Assembly: GCF_032444005.1 (NCBI RefSeq)
Contig: NC_091290.1
Location: 39,432,001 to 39,496,000, forward strand
Origin: Ranitomeya imitator
Lineage: Eukaryota
Reading direction: 5' to 3'
Length of the DNA: 64,000 nt
Below the pieces are notes generated by a model. It was not told where the DNA came from. It did no database searches and saw only the letters and a program-made list of their open reading frames with translations. How positions within the stretch are numbered: the stretch's first letter is position 1; each line of letters begins with the position of its first letter. The translations under genes and the position numbers were made by a program. Positions 25,401 through 36,029 of this stretch are shown piece after piece.

Positions 25401-28126
25401 CCCCCCAGCTTCATCATTGGTCTATTGCCTGTACAGAGCGGACTCTGGGAGGAATCGTCCTTGCATCAGACATTGACCACTAATGTTATATCAGGAGCAC
25501 TAAGTCCGGACTATAGCACAGGGTGTAAGTCCTGGTATCAGCACAAGATAAGTAATGCCGCACTTATAGATAGTCGGACGAGCTGTGTCACTGTGTTCAA
25601 AGGTGAACTCACAGGAACAAGTATTACATTTGTGTCTAAAATTTAATGGTTTTACATTTTTCAGTTTTTTTTGTTTTTTTTTCTAAACACTTTATTTATA
25701 TACAAAATCTGTTTTATACATTTTATAATTGATATGAAATTTCTTCCATTTTGGCAGCTGTCGGTTACATCATTTTCCGAGGGTCTAACTCGCAGAAAAA
25801 TGCTTTCCGAAGAAATCCATCCGACCCAAGTGTGGCTGGTAAGAGAACATGCTTTAAGGCGATGTCCACACTGACTTTTTCAAGTAGGTTTGTTGTTTTT
25901 TTTTTTTTGGAGCAGATGATCATCCCATAAGTGCTTTAATCATGTTATTTTATTAGGAAATACACTTTTCTGTTCATTTGGGGAGTTATTTTGAAAAACA
26001 CCTGGTGGGAGGGAGGGAGGGAGAAAGTTAATGTCACTTCTTTGATGTGGACACTGAAGGAGTTCTCTCCATACTAGGAAAAAAAAGAAATGTCCAAAAT
26101 TCTTCAAAACCACTTCCGTAAACGAAAAACCAATCCAAACCCCCCTACAAAAGGAGCGTTTCCTAGTTTATTTCCACTTGAAAAAACTTGTGGGTTTGAA
26201 GGCATCAAAAACCTCCGTGTGAGCATAGTCTTGCCTCTTACCAGGAAAAATCCCAAGCTGACATGACCACTGCAGCCAATCAGTATCCACTAAGGAGCTG
26301 TAGTTCTGAAACGTCCCTGTCTGGAGGTGTGAGAACTGCAGCCCATCACGATTGACCATGTGAGCGCCGCTGCAGCCAATCATTGTCCAACGAGCCCTGG
26401 GAGACCCGTTGCCCAGTTCACTGGTGTAAAACTCACATTGACCATAACATCGAAAGAAATGCCCTAACATGAACAGATGGGGGTCCTTGAGGGGACTAAG
26501 GTCTTTATTTCGACCTGTTTACTGTTCAGTTCCCAAACTGCTTAACCAGCGATGTTACTCTTTCATCCCAGGGATACGCAGGGGGTCCCAACAGTCGGAC
26601 CCCCACCAAACACTTACTGTCTTGGGATAATTGTCTTGCATTGTACGATTCTCACATCTTCCATCAATCGTAGGACTGGAGACCATCCCGACAGCAACAG
26701 GAAAGCGTCTTCTTGTATCTGGATGGTGGGGTCTTGTTCGTCACCCAAATTACCTTGGAGACTTAATTATGGCTCTGGCCTGGTCACTACCATGTGGTAA
26801 GTCGCTGCGGTATGGAAAGGAGAACATCACATAATATGCACAAAGTTTCTTGGGGGCTTTGGTTTAGTAATCGGGGGGTTCCAGCAGTAGAGCCTAGTCT
26901 GTACAGGTGATTAATGGTCACCTTCCATATGGCCCTATGGTCACCTTCCATATGGCCCTATGGTCACCTTCCATGTGGCCCTATGGTCACCTTCCATATG
27001 GCCCTATAGTCACCTTCCATATGACCCTATGGTCACCTTCCATGTGGCCCTATGGTCACCTTCCATATGGCCCTATGGTCACCTTCCATATGACCCTATG
27101 GTCACCTTCTACATGGCCCTATGGTCACCTATATGGCCCTATGGTCACCTTCCATATGGCCCTATGGTCACCTTCCATATGGCCCTATGGTCACCTTCTA
27201 CATGGCCCTATGGTCACCTTCTACATGGCCCTATGGTCACCTTCCATATGGCCCTATGGTCACCTTCCATATGGCCCTATAATCACCTTCCATATGGCCC
27301 TATGGTCACCTTCCATATGGCCCTATAGTCACGTTCCATATGACCCTATGGTCACCTTCCATATGGCCCTATGGTCACCTTCTACATGGCCCTATGGTCA
27401 CCTTCTACATGGCCCTATGGTCACCTTCCATATGGCCCTATGGTCACCTTCCATATGGCCCTATAGTCACGTTCCATATGGCCCTATAGTCACCTTCCAT
27501 ATGACCCTATGGTCACCTTCTACATGGCCCTATGGTCACCTTCCATATGGCCCTATGGTCACCTTCCATGTGGCCCTATGGTCACCTTCCACAGGGCCCT
27601 ATGGTCACCCACATGATGCTGATTCCAGCTGTGCCTACGTTAACCACATGCAGCATTTTTCATAGCATATCCCATTCTGAGCCTAGGAGTCCTCTAAGTG
27701 ATGTGCTGCAGAGTCCTCCGTATTCATGAGCTGCTGGTTGTCCTGGCCACCTGATGCAGATTGACAGATTTCTTGCCACCATAATCAGGGTCTCTGTCAC
27801 TACTCCATGCTGTACCTGGTGACCGATTTCCATTTTAAGGAAATGTAGGATTCAGTAAAATGCTGATGCCACGGTCACAAACGCACTTTCCTGGCAGTTG
27901 TATGCGGATGACCAGCGTTCACCATGGGCTGGGGCGGCACCAATCTATGTCGTTCTCTCCCACAGGTCTTGGCCACATTTTACCCTATTTCTACGTTATT
28001 TATTTCACTGCTCTCCTGGTTCACCGAGAGGCAAGAGATGAGCACCAGTGTTTGAAGAAGTACGGCCTGGCCTGGCAGGAATACTGCAGACGCGTTCCTT
28101 ACAGGATATTTCCGTACATCTACTAA
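12905..28126 (+). CDS. TM7SF2: Delta(14)-sterol reductase TM7SF2 (DHCR14A), 10 coding exons, 420 aa
   Basis: join(12905-12962,13042-13238,13479-13533,17574-17768,18157-18260,19462-19581,19671-19839,25758-25838,26674-26796,27966-28126) = 1263 nt, all GT-AG, frame continuous. Motifs [66 protein letters not shown]. No Tudor N-terminus, so not LBR. Confidence 0.97.
13042..13238 (+). CDS. TM7SF2: TM7SF2 coding exon 2 (197 nt)
   Basis: [10 protein letters not shown]...YMSPMGT, AG/GT flanks. Confidence 0.95.
13479..13533 (+). CDS. TM7SF2: TM7SF2 coding exon 3 (55 nt)
   Basis: [18 protein letters not shown], donor GTGAGT. Confidence 0.95.
13802..15426 (-). mobile_element. Tc1 transposon, full length (1625 bp), inactivated
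   Basis: TA TSD, ~200-bp TIRs CAGCGCCTTGCGAAAGTATTC. Transposase ORF 15038-14238 (WTDETK, QDNDPKH) ends at an in-frame TGA replacing W of [13 protein letters not shown], with a further small frameshift near the C-terminus. Confidence 0.95.
15465..15905. repeat. Minisatellite, 25-bp unit, degenerating rightwards
   Basis: Tandem ACAGCTCTGCTACAAACACTCGCGC. Confidence 0.9.
16233..17062 (+). mobile_element. PIF/Harbinger MITE, family A, copy 2
   Basis: TAA|GGCCGGTTTCACACG...CGTGTGAGACTGCCC|TAA, with an internal inverted repeat centred near 16780. Confidence 0.9.
17574..17768 (+). CDS. TM7SF2: TM7SF2 coding exon 4 (195 nt)
   Basis: [11 protein letters not shown]...[12 protein letters not shown] flanks. 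Confidence 0.95.
18157..18260 (+). CDS. TM7SF2: TM7SF2 coding exon 5 (104 nt)
   Basis: [35 protein letters not shown]. Confidence 0.96.
19462..19581 (+). CDS. TM7SF2: TM7SF2 coding exon 6 (120 nt)
   Basis: [17 protein letters not shown]...YVMDALWHE. Confidence 0.95.
19671..19839 (+). CDS. TM7SF2: TM7SF2 coding exon 7 (169 nt)
   Basis: [41 protein letters not shown]... Confidence 0.96.
20190..22441 (-). mobile_element. Non-autonomous Helitron-like element with internal tandem repeats
   Basis: Minus strand begins A|TCTACTATATAAAGCTGAAT(GT)n at 22441. The 3' end has a GC-rich hairpin TGCCCAGACAACGCCAGGCA, but no terminal CTAG is visible in the (TA)n. No TIRs. Confidence 0.55.
20465..21150. 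repeat. Minisatellite, ~32-34-bp unit, ~20 copies, inside the Helitron
   Basis: Tandem TGTCATCTCCTCCTATATATAGTATATACCTGTA. Confidence 0.9.
22446..24050 (+). mobile_element. Tc1 (DD34E) transposon, apparently intact, 1605 bp
   Basis: TA TSD, ~205-bp TIRs CAGTGGGGCAAAAAAGTATTTAGTC differing by one substitution and an A-run length, uninterrupted transposase ORF. Confidence 0.97.
22813..23835 (+). CDS. Tc1 transposase, 340 aa
   Basis: Paired-like HTH N-terminus, GAPRK linker, [21 protein letters not shown] with 34 residues between the second D and E. Confidence 0.95.
   Translation: MVKTKELSKDTRNKIVALHQAGKTESAIANQLGVKKSTVGAIIRKWKTYKTTDNLPRSGAPRKIPPRGVRMITRTVSKNPRTTRGDLVNELQRAGTNVTRPTISNTLRHHGLRSCSARRVPLLKPVHVRARLKFARQHLDDPEEFWENVLWSDETKLELFGRNTTCRVWRKKNTELHPSNTIPTVKHGGGNIMFWGCFSAKGPGRLIRVHERMNGAMYREILSANLLPSARALKMKRGWVFQHDNDPKHTARATKEWLRKKHMKVLEWPSQSPDLNPIENLWRELKVCVAKRKAKNITALEEICMEEWANIPTTVCGNLVKTYRKRLTSVTANKGYITKY
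24340..25351 (+). mobile_element. PIF/Harbinger MITE, family A, copy 3
   Basis: TTA|GGCCGGTTTCACACG...CCTGTGAGACTGGCC|TTA, with ~300-bp internal inverted arms centred near 24912. Confidence 0.9.
25758..25838 (+). CDS. TM7SF2: TM7SF2 coding exon 8 (81 nt)
   Basis: [27 protein letters not shown]. Confidence 0.96.
26674..26796 (+). CDS. TM7SF2: TM7SF2 coding exon 9 (123 nt)
   Basis: [41 protein letters not shown]. Confidence 0.97.
26913..27605. repeat. Minisatellite, 23-bp unit, ~30 copies, in the last TM7SF2 intron
   Basis: Tandem TATGGTCACCTTCCATATGGCCC. Confidence 0.95.
27966..28126 (+). CDS. TM7SF2: TM7SF2 last coding exon (161 nt including TAA)
   Basis: [53 protein letters not shown]. 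Confidence 0.97.
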
Positions 28127-29230
28127 TTTCTCCATCCATCAACTAGTATTTCAGCTCCAGTGTGACAAAGGCCAGAAGAAAAAAAAGCTCGGACCGCTGC
28201 TCGCTGACCTGTACAGTATGTGGGCAAGAGTCATTATGGAAAACCAAATATAGGAACAAATTTACTTAGACGGGTTTTCCAGTTTCGGAAACCTCCTGTT
28301 TCACGGCTGCAGTTTTTTTTTTTTTTTTTAAATTAGCAAAATATGCACTACTCACTCTCCCCGGGTCCAACGCTGAATCTCTGCCACTGCTCCTGGTGTC
28401 TGTGATTGTCTGCAGTGCTGACATCACGTAGCTAATCAATGAGCTCAGTGAGTCAAACTGACAGCATGAGCACCGATTGACTGTAGTGCTGTCAGCACTG
28501 CAGACAATCACGGACATCGGCAGCATCAGAGAGTCAGCGTTAGACCGGGGGAGGGGGAGTAAACGTTAAGTTTCTATTTTTTTAAAATGAACTGCAGCCG
28601 GGAACAGACTGTAAAGCAGACTGTTGGCACAAATATGCCGTTGGACGACTTTAACAGAACAGTGTTGGGGGAGGGGTTGTCAATCCAATTATTTTTTAAA
28701 TTAAAAAGTGCTATAAAATACTCACCTTGCCAATTGAGCACTGCCCGTGTCTTCCGTCAGTCGCTGTACTTCACGTTTGGTCCAGGAAATGCGGCAGTAA
28801 CGTCCACATGGATGGAACAAGAAGTACAGAGACCAGGAAAGGACTCGGGGAGCGTTGGAACTGGAGTTAGTGTCCGGTGTTATATGGTTGTCCAGGCCAT
28901 GAATAAACCTATGGAGTGCGTGTAACATGCTGAATCCTGACAGTGTGCTTCACGCTTTCGGTGAATTTTACAGGACCGCTCAAGGGCAATCTGCAGACTT
29001 GTGATCACACACCGACCGCTCTCTATTCAGCTTCAGTCAGTGGTCAGAATTAAGAAAAGTGGGGGAAAAAAAAAATCAGCATGTGATTACGTATGCAATT
29101 CACACACGAGCGGTCACTTAACTTTCACCAACAGAGCAAAATCCTTACAGTGTGAACATTACCCACGGAGCAGATTCAGCATGTTACACGCCATCCCTAG
29201 TTGTACACAGAGCCAGGACAACAAATTTAA

Positions 29231-29791
29231 AGGGAATCGCTCACGAGGTTTTTGCCACCTGATCAGAGAGCAGCATACTGTAGGGGCAGATACCCGGATT
29301 CCAGCCATGTGTCACTTACTGGGCTGCTGGCTGTAGATTTTTATCAAATCAGTTTTATCAGCAGGAGATTATCAGTAGAGGACTAGTAAACCTGCTGCCA
29401 GGTAGTCCTCCATATTCATTAGCTCTGTACAGCCACACCCCGACCGCTGATTGGCAGTTTTCTGTATCTGTACTGAGAAAGCTGCCAATCAGTGGTGTGG
29501 GTGGGGCTATACAGGGGTCAGCATTCAAGAGAACTGCTAGATTATCCTAAGTCATGTGACAAGGCTCGTGAAAGGGTCGACATTGACTGTTAGGATTGCT
29601 ACTTCCAATAGGTGGCACTAGAGTTCTAGTTCTCTTCCTCTCTGAAGAGACAAGTTGCCTAGATCTGCAACAGACATTATCAAAATTGCAGAAAGCAGCC
29701 TAGTAAGTGACGCATCGCTGGAATTGTGGTCTCTGCCCCTACATCATGCTCGTCTCAAATGGAATAGCAATAACTTGCTGACAGATTCCCT
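29231..29791. mobile_element. T2/Kolobok-type MITE
   Basis: TTAA|AGGGAATC...GATTCCCT|TTAA termini. Confidence 0.7.
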
Positions 29792-30467
29792 TTAAAGGTT
29801 ATTCCTATCGCTGACTTTCATGGCTGAGATTTGGATATCTGCTTCTGCGCTACACTGTTGGCACATCTACCATAGAAATAAATGGGAGTTACCCAGACAG
29901 TGTAAAGCAGCTGCGCTCCACAGTTCTCAGAACTCTGAGAAGCAATTATCCACATCTCCGCCATGACAGTCAGCGATAGCAATGACTTTTTAATACAGGT
30001 CTGAGCAGGAGCCGTATATGTGGGACCAAGAATATAATGATATCAGGACATACTTGGAAAACCTTCCCCACCTTTCTTGCTCTGCCCTGTTCTGATCTGT
30101 TCCCGGGATCTGAACTAAATATTTCCTACACAAATCTGTCCTAGGGCCTAAAACTTGGGTGATATGCGATCGTTGATCTAACCTATATAACCTTTTATTG
30201 GTGAGCAATTTGTATTAATAAAAAATAATTAGTCGTTTTTTTTTTTAACAAACTGTGTCCATTTTTTTTAATTATCATAACTGCTGCTGTGATTCACATG
30301 TCAAAACCGTAATCACCATGTTGCATCCTGTGGGGAATTCAGCAGTCAAGAATCCCTCTGTATTGTAGTACACGATGCTTCATTCATTCCTTCCTAAGAA
30401 TATTGTGAGGGCTCGGTAAATCTTGCCAAAAAGGAGTCCACCTACGTCCGTCTTGGAAGTCAGCCCC

Positions 30468-30636
30468 NNNNNNNNNNNNNNNNNNNNNNNNNNNNNNNNN
30501 NNNNNNNNNNNNNNNNNNNNNNNNNNNNNNNNNNNNNNNNNNNNNNNNNNNNNNNNNNNNNNNNNNNNNNNNNNNNNNNNNNNNNNNNNNNNNNNNNNNN
30601 NNNNNNNNNNNNNNNNNNNNNNNNNNNNNNNNNNNN
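30468..30636. other. Assembly gap (169 N)
   Basis: Run of N. Confidence 1.
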
Positions 30637-31032
30637 AGATTTCAAAACTCAAAAATATTCATAATTTTCTTGCCTGAATTCTGTTGTAAATGCTTCACAA
30701 AGTTGCAAAAATGTTGGTGCAACCTGGAGTTGTGCCTGAATTTTGTGACTTGGCATCTTCACAACACTTTCTCCCAGTTCTGCTGAAATGGTCAGAGGTG
30801 GAACCGGAGCGCGCGATCTAACTGATGACGAGATGTAGCATTCACGATGCCACAAATCTCACGCCACTACCTGCCTGGAGTGAGGCTTTCTGGCGTAGTG
30901 TAGAGGTGCGCACCACTATTCACTGATCTTCATTTTGTAGTGAGTCGGCCCGACATGGATCACTAAGGACCCCTCCATCAGATCAGTCACTGCAAGAAAA
31001 TTGGGTTATGCAGCCATAATAACGATACTAAT

Positions 31033-31344
31033 TAGTGATGAGCGAGTATACTTGTTTCTCCGGTTTTCCCGAGCACGCTAGGGTGGTCTCCCGAGTATTT
31101 GTGACTGCTCGGAGATTTCGTTTTCATCGCGGCAGCTGAATGATTTACAGCTACTAGACAGCTTGATTACATGTGGGGATTCCCTAGCAACCAGGCAACC
31201 CCCACATGTACTCAGCCTGGCTAGTAGCTATAAATCATTCAGCTGAGGTGATGAAAACTAAATCTCCGAGCAGTCACAAATACTCGGGGACCACCCGAGC
31301 GTGCTCAGGAAAACTCGAGCAAGGAGTACACTCGCTCATCACTA
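31033..31344. mobile_element. hAT MITE
   Basis: TAGTGATGAGCGAG...CTCGCTCATCACTA, 8-bp TSD ATACTAAT/GTACTAAT, internally palindromic. Confidence 0.85.
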
Positions 31345-31834
31345 GTACTAATACTTTCCACCATTGTAGGTGCCTTAAATTGGCATTCGATCAAGTCATT
31401 GTCACACACATACTGAGGCAGCAGAGCCGATGATACAGAGAACAGAATATTAGACACATGGTTGGGCAGCGATTGTGCCTACTAAATGATGAGTTGATAT
31501 CTTGTCTTATGTTAATACTTTGGAAATATATATAAAAGTGCATAAATCCACCCATTGCTTTCACATTCAGTAGTTAAAATTCTAAACAATAAAAAATACA
31601 ACCCATTCTACTCCACAAAGGTGTTGGCAATACATTATATTTTTTATTGGTATCATTTAATTTGCTTTATAAACAGAAATGGCAATGAAAAAAAAAAGAC
31701 TTATTATAATAGGGTAAAAGATGCCTTCTTGAGGAGTGAAACACACACAGTGCCAGTGTTTAAGGACTGCCTTAAATATTGTAAAGTAGGGCTTTATTCA
31801 TGTCTCTGCTATTTACATATCTCTGTACCGTTAA

Positions 31835-32412
31835 TGGGGTGGTCCGAAATCCAACTTAATTTTCATCCTAAATCTTGATATATGCCACAATGTAAACTGT
31901 TTTCTAATATACTTGAATTAAAGATTCCCTACCTACACTGATTTTTATTTTTTATGGGTTTTTTTTAAAATTTATGACGCTTTGTTTGAGAATTCCAGTG
32001 CATGCTGCAGGGGGCTGATGCTGCAGTCACTGCAGTCCACAGCCTCTGTCCCCTCTCTGAAACAAAGCGTCAGTAGTGATGCTCATTTTGGTGGCTGGGC
32101 TAGTCCCTGCGCGATGTGCACAATGACAGTGCGCTCTCTCTTCGGCTCAGATCAGCAGTAACGAGCCAGCGGCGGAGCGCACTGTCAGTGTGTGTTATAA
32201 TACTACTCGGCAGGCAGAGACCAGAGCTGCCCCCTGTCGGATTTGGATTCTGAAATGAAGCATCACTAAAAAGGAAGTTGTAAAAAACAGAAAGGCAGTT
32301 AATGTAGTTAAGGAACGGCAGGAAGTAGGTATGTTAGGAAACCGTTTAGATTATGGCATTAAATAAATAGGGATTTAGGATGAAAATTAAAGTGTAATTT
32401 TGGACCACTCCC
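31835..32412. mobile_element. T2/Kolobok-type MITE
   Basis: TTAA|TGGGGTGGTCC...GGACCACTCCC|TTAA. Confidence 0.65.
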
Positions 32413-32478
32413 TTAATGGAACAGGATTGCAAAAATAAAGAATGTGACCGATTGACTCTGGTGTTCAGTGTTTTAAAG

Positions 32479-32640
32479 CAGAGGTCCCCAACTCCAGTCC
32501 TCAAGGCCCACCAACAGGTCATGTTTTCAGGATTTCCTTTGCATTGCACAGGTGATGCAATTATTACCTGGGCAAGACTAAGGAAATCCTGAAAACATGA
32601 CATGTTGGTGGGCCTTGAGGACTGGAGTTGGGGACCTCTG
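32479..32640. mobile_element. hAT MITE (162-bp palindrome)
   Basis: CAGAGGTCCCCAACTCC...GGAGTTGGGGACCTCTG, 8-bp TSD TTTTAAAG/CTTTAAAG. Confidence 0.85.
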
Positions 32641-32992
32641 CTTTAAAGGACAAAAATAAGTAGGATCCTGCACTTTTATGTCTGATACTTTTGCTGCTGA
32701 TTCTAAATGGAGCCTGCGCTGCAAGTGTGAACAGAGCCTTAGAGGAGCTGAACGGCAATACCGGACTCAGCGCATGCACAGGAGCGCTGCTTTATCTAGA
32801 CGAAATAAGGAAAACTGTACAACACCATGGAATTAATAACACTATAAATGTGCGAGTCATGGAAATACATGTATCCACCATCAACTCGGCATGTACTACT
32901 TAATTCTGTAATATGATTGCCCTTTTTATTGATACAGATATTTTATGTAATAAATACATTCATGTGAAATGCCAATTCCAGATCCCTTACAC

Positions 32993-33178
32993 CAGAGGTG
33001 TCAAACTGCATTCCTCAAGGGCTGCAGACAGGTCATGTTTTCAGGATTTCCTTGTACTGCACAGGTGATTAAATTATCACCTACACAGATAATGATTACA
33101 GCACCTTGTGCAAAGCTAAGGAGATCTTGAAAACACGCATGATTTGCGGCCCTCGAGGAATGCCGTTTGACACCCCTG
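32993..33178. mobile_element. hAT MITE
   Basis: CAGAGGTGTCAAAC...GTTTGACACCCCTG, perfect 8-bp TSD CCTTACAC. Confidence 0.85.
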
Positions 33179-33418
33179 CCTTACACTATACCCAGTCTAT
33201 CTGCAATCACATACAATACAGGTCTGAATATTCAGCATTCTGGTGCCCGGCCTACAGATACGATGGCAGTGTTTACAGCCGGACACTGGGAGCTCGGAGA
33301 ATTTCTGAATCTGAGAAAACTCAAAAGTGCTATGAATATAAAAATGATGTCAATGTCTGATAAGAAATCATTATGGCCGCCATGGACCCAGTACCCATAA
33401 GCACAGCAGCGGGTCTGC

Positions 33419-34813
33419 TTAACCTTTGTTAACCTCCTGGATGAGCTTCTTCTGGGCAGGGGGTCTTATTCCGCCCCAGACCCTCTGAAGTCCTGTTGAT
33501 ATCTCTGCCATTTCCTTCAAGTCTTTAAGATGCTGTTCCAACTCCATCATGACCTCAGCAGCCAATATGGCCAAACAGTCTCCGTTCTCGTTCACCCACG
33601 CCGCCAGAAACAAGCATTTTTTCTTGGCTATAAAGGCTCTCTTCTTTGCGTCTGTTTCTCCAGTCACAACTTTACGGATTTTTCCCAGTAAATGGCACAA
33701 GTGGGAGAGAGCAGCCAGGGAATACCTTCTACCGCCATCACCCCGAAGGATTTTAGCGGTAGCCTCCATGGCCAAAACTGCTGCACCTTCATCCCCGCCC
33801 AACATAGGGTCAGAGGCGGCTCGTAGGCCGCTCTTCAAAGCCTGGGCGGCAGAGTTGTACACGGCGGTGGTGCTGAGAGCGCCGGACACAGACAGCAGGG
33901 TCCCTATAAAGCCCGACAGCATCTCGTCATCGCTCAGGTCACCGTTATGTCGGAGGAGGGAGAAAGAGTAGCCGTAAATGACATTGACCAACGTGAAGCG
34001 GACCAACGGGGAGGGGCTACGAGTAAGCGAGCGGAGGGGCGGGATACGATCTAGGAGAGGCGGGACCCCCGATGTTATGGCCCCGTCATCTGGCCTGGGG
34101 TCCCCTCCATCTTTCTTCTCATCCTGTGGGGTGGTCTCGCGGGGCCCATGTTCCGCAGTCTTCTTCATAGGGTCCCGAGATGCCATCTTCTGGGCATCTG
34201 TAGCCTCAGGAGGGGTTGGGACCTGATCAGGGACTGAGGCGACATCTTGGCTGGTTCCTGCACAGTTAGTCGGTGGTGAATCGCTGCTGGTCGGACGACA
34301 CAACGCTTTGGTGCCACCCTCTTGCCCGCGGGTTGGCAGCGGGGCCCCTTGGCAGCGCCCGGGCACAGACTGTGGGAGCTCCAGGATCTTGTCTCCCTGA
34401 GATCGGAGGGGCTGGCTGTCCCACCACGGCCTCCACTCAGGGACCAGGACCCCAATGTGACCGCTCTGTAACAAGCCGAGGAAATGCTCCTTCTCCTGGC
34501 GGGAGAGGCTGCCCCACAGGCCGCTATCCTCCTCAGCACCGCCGCCGCCATCCTCCTCCTCCTCCCCGCGCTCCCTCAGCTTCAGCAGCATCTCCTCTAC
34601 CCGCCTCCGCCCGTCAGCCCCGGCCTCCTCCTCCCGCAGGGCCCGCAGCACGGCCTCCTTATAGAAGAGCTCGGAGCAGGCGGAGTGCCGGCCTCCCTGG
34701 TAACAAGCCAGGCTGCAGTACGGAGCATTACACCGGGGACACGTGTACTTCCCGGGAGCGGACAGGCAGAGGGTGCACACGGCGGGAGAACTGCGGCCTT
34801 CGGGCGACGCCAT
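33419..34813 (-). CDS. ZNHIT2: Zinc finger HIT domain-containing protein 2, single exon, 464 aa
   Basis: zf-HIT CTLC...YTCPRCNAPYCSLACY...H..CSELFY. C-terminal NVIYGYSF, ALSHL, KKCLFLAAWVNE, KKLIQEV. Intronless and syntenic between TM7SF2 and FAU. First ATG at 34813; the ORF-track start at 34861 is a TTG. Confidence 0.95.
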   Translation of the reverse strand: MASPEGRSSPAVCTLCLSAPGKYTCPRCNAPYCSLACYQGGRHSACSELFYKEAVLRALREEEAGADGRRRVEEMLLKLRERGEEEEDGGGGAEEDSGLWGSLSRQEKEHFLGLLQSGHIGVLVPEWRPWWDSQPLRSQGDKILELPQSVPGRCQGAPLPTRGQEGGTKALCRPTSSDSPPTNCAGTSQDVASVPDQVPTPPEATDAQKMASRDPMKKTAEHGPRETTPQDEKKDGGDPRPDDGAITSGVPPLLDRIPPLRSLTRSPSPLVRFTLVNVIYGYSFSLLRHNGDLSDDEMLSGFIGTLLSVSGALSTTAVYNSAAQALKSGLRAASDPMLGGDEGAAVLAMEATAKILRGDGGRRYSLAALSHLCHLLGKIRKVVTGETDAKKRAFIAKKKCLFLAAWVNENGDCLAILAAEVMMELEQHLKDLKEMAEISTGLQRVWGGIRPPAQKKLIQEVNKG

Positions 34814-34857
34814 TAGTGACAGCGTTACCGGGGTGACGAGCCCACTCCCATCGTCTA

Positions 34858-34966
34858 CCAATCAGAGCGCAGGATCACGTCCCGTGACCCAGGAAGAGGA
34901 AGTCGCTGGTGGCCACGTGACTAAGTGCACAGACTTGACCCTTCACGTGACTAACAGCTGACGTCA
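34858..34966 (-). promoter_or_regulatory. ZNHIT2 proximal promoter motif cluster
   Basis: CCAAT 34858-34862, ETS-like AGGAAG/GGAAGT, two CACGTGACTAA E-boxes (34914, 34944), full CRE TGACGTCA 34959-34966. Confidence 0.6.
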
Positions 34967-35147
34967 CGATGTCAGCCACTGCCGCGTGTGTGGAGATTTG
35001 TGGCCAGCGAGGTTCTTATAGGGGTCAGTGAGGATGACACAGGCAGAAATATGGGGGACTTCTCTGTGGGACATCACTATGGTTACACATTGTGCTCATT
35101 ATAAATTGTCATTAGAATTTCTTGTCATTTAAAGGTTTACTGACAAG

Positions 35148-35523
35148 GGGTTGTTAAAGGGATCCGTCACCATGGGGCAAGGGGTTATTAAAGGGATCCG
35201 TCACAATGGGGCAAGGGGTTATTAAAGGGATCCGTCACAATGGGGCAAGGGGTTATTAAAGGGATCCGTCCCCATGGGGCAAGGGGTTATTAAAGGGATC
35301 CGTCACAATGGGGCAAGGGGTTATTAAAGGGATCCGTCACAATGGGGCAAGGGGTTATTAAAGGGATCCGTCCTCATGGGGCAAGGGGTTATTAAAGGGA
35401 TCTGTCCCCATGGGGCAAGGGGTTATTAAAGGGATCTGTCCCCATGGGGCAAGGGGTTATTAAAGGGATCTGTCCCCAAGGGGCAAGGGGTTATTAAAGG
35501 GATCCGTCCCCATGGGGCAAGGG
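35148..35523. repeat. G-rich minisatellite, 34-bp unit, ~11 copies
   Basis: Tandem GGGGTTATTAAAGGGATCCGTCACAATGGGGCAA. Confidence 0.95.
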
Positions 35524-36029
35524 TTGGCCCATCTGAGAGCAGCACGAGCACCTTCTAGTACTGAGACTGTGCCCGGCCTCTCCCCAGCATCAGTGCCTGA
35601 CCTCACAAATGCTCTTCTGGATGAAAGGGCAAAAATTCCCAACAGACGCCTCCAAATCCTGTAGAAAGTCTTCCCAGACGAGCCAGGAGCTGTTACATCA
35701 CCTGGGCAATACTAAGGAGACCCTGAACTCATGACTTGGTGGCTCTGGAGGACTGGGGTTGGGGAACACTGCTCTATTCCCTTCTTTGAGAATTATATAG
35801 CTGAGCAGGTGTGGGTGCCTGTTTTGGAGATTGATTCTGATCCAACATCCATGGGACATTTAGCAGTGATGAGCGAATGTGCTGGGATAAGGTGTTATCT
35901 GAGCATGCTCGGGTGCTACCCGAATGTCTTCGGCGTGCTCAAAAAATATGTTCGAATCCCCAATGACTGCTTGTTTCACGACGGTTCGAGAAAGTATATC
36001 ATCAGATCATTAGGATTAGTATCCACCAA

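Noticed and set aside
26907-27665. 252-aa PYGHLPYGP repeat ORF
   Set aside because: Translation of the 23-bp intronic minisatellite.
30380-30467. Short peptide next to the gap (GLTSKTDVGGLLFGKIYRAL)
   Set aside because: Possibly an L1/Tx1 fragment but too short to call; the ORF track runs through Ns.
33549-34836. Several plus-strand ORFs up to 187 aa
   Set aside because: Antisense shadows of the GC-rich ZNHIT2 CDS.
34814-34861. 16-aa N-terminal extension of ZNHIT2 in the ORF track
   Set aside because: Starts at TTG, which is part of a CCAAT box. The first ATG is at 34813.
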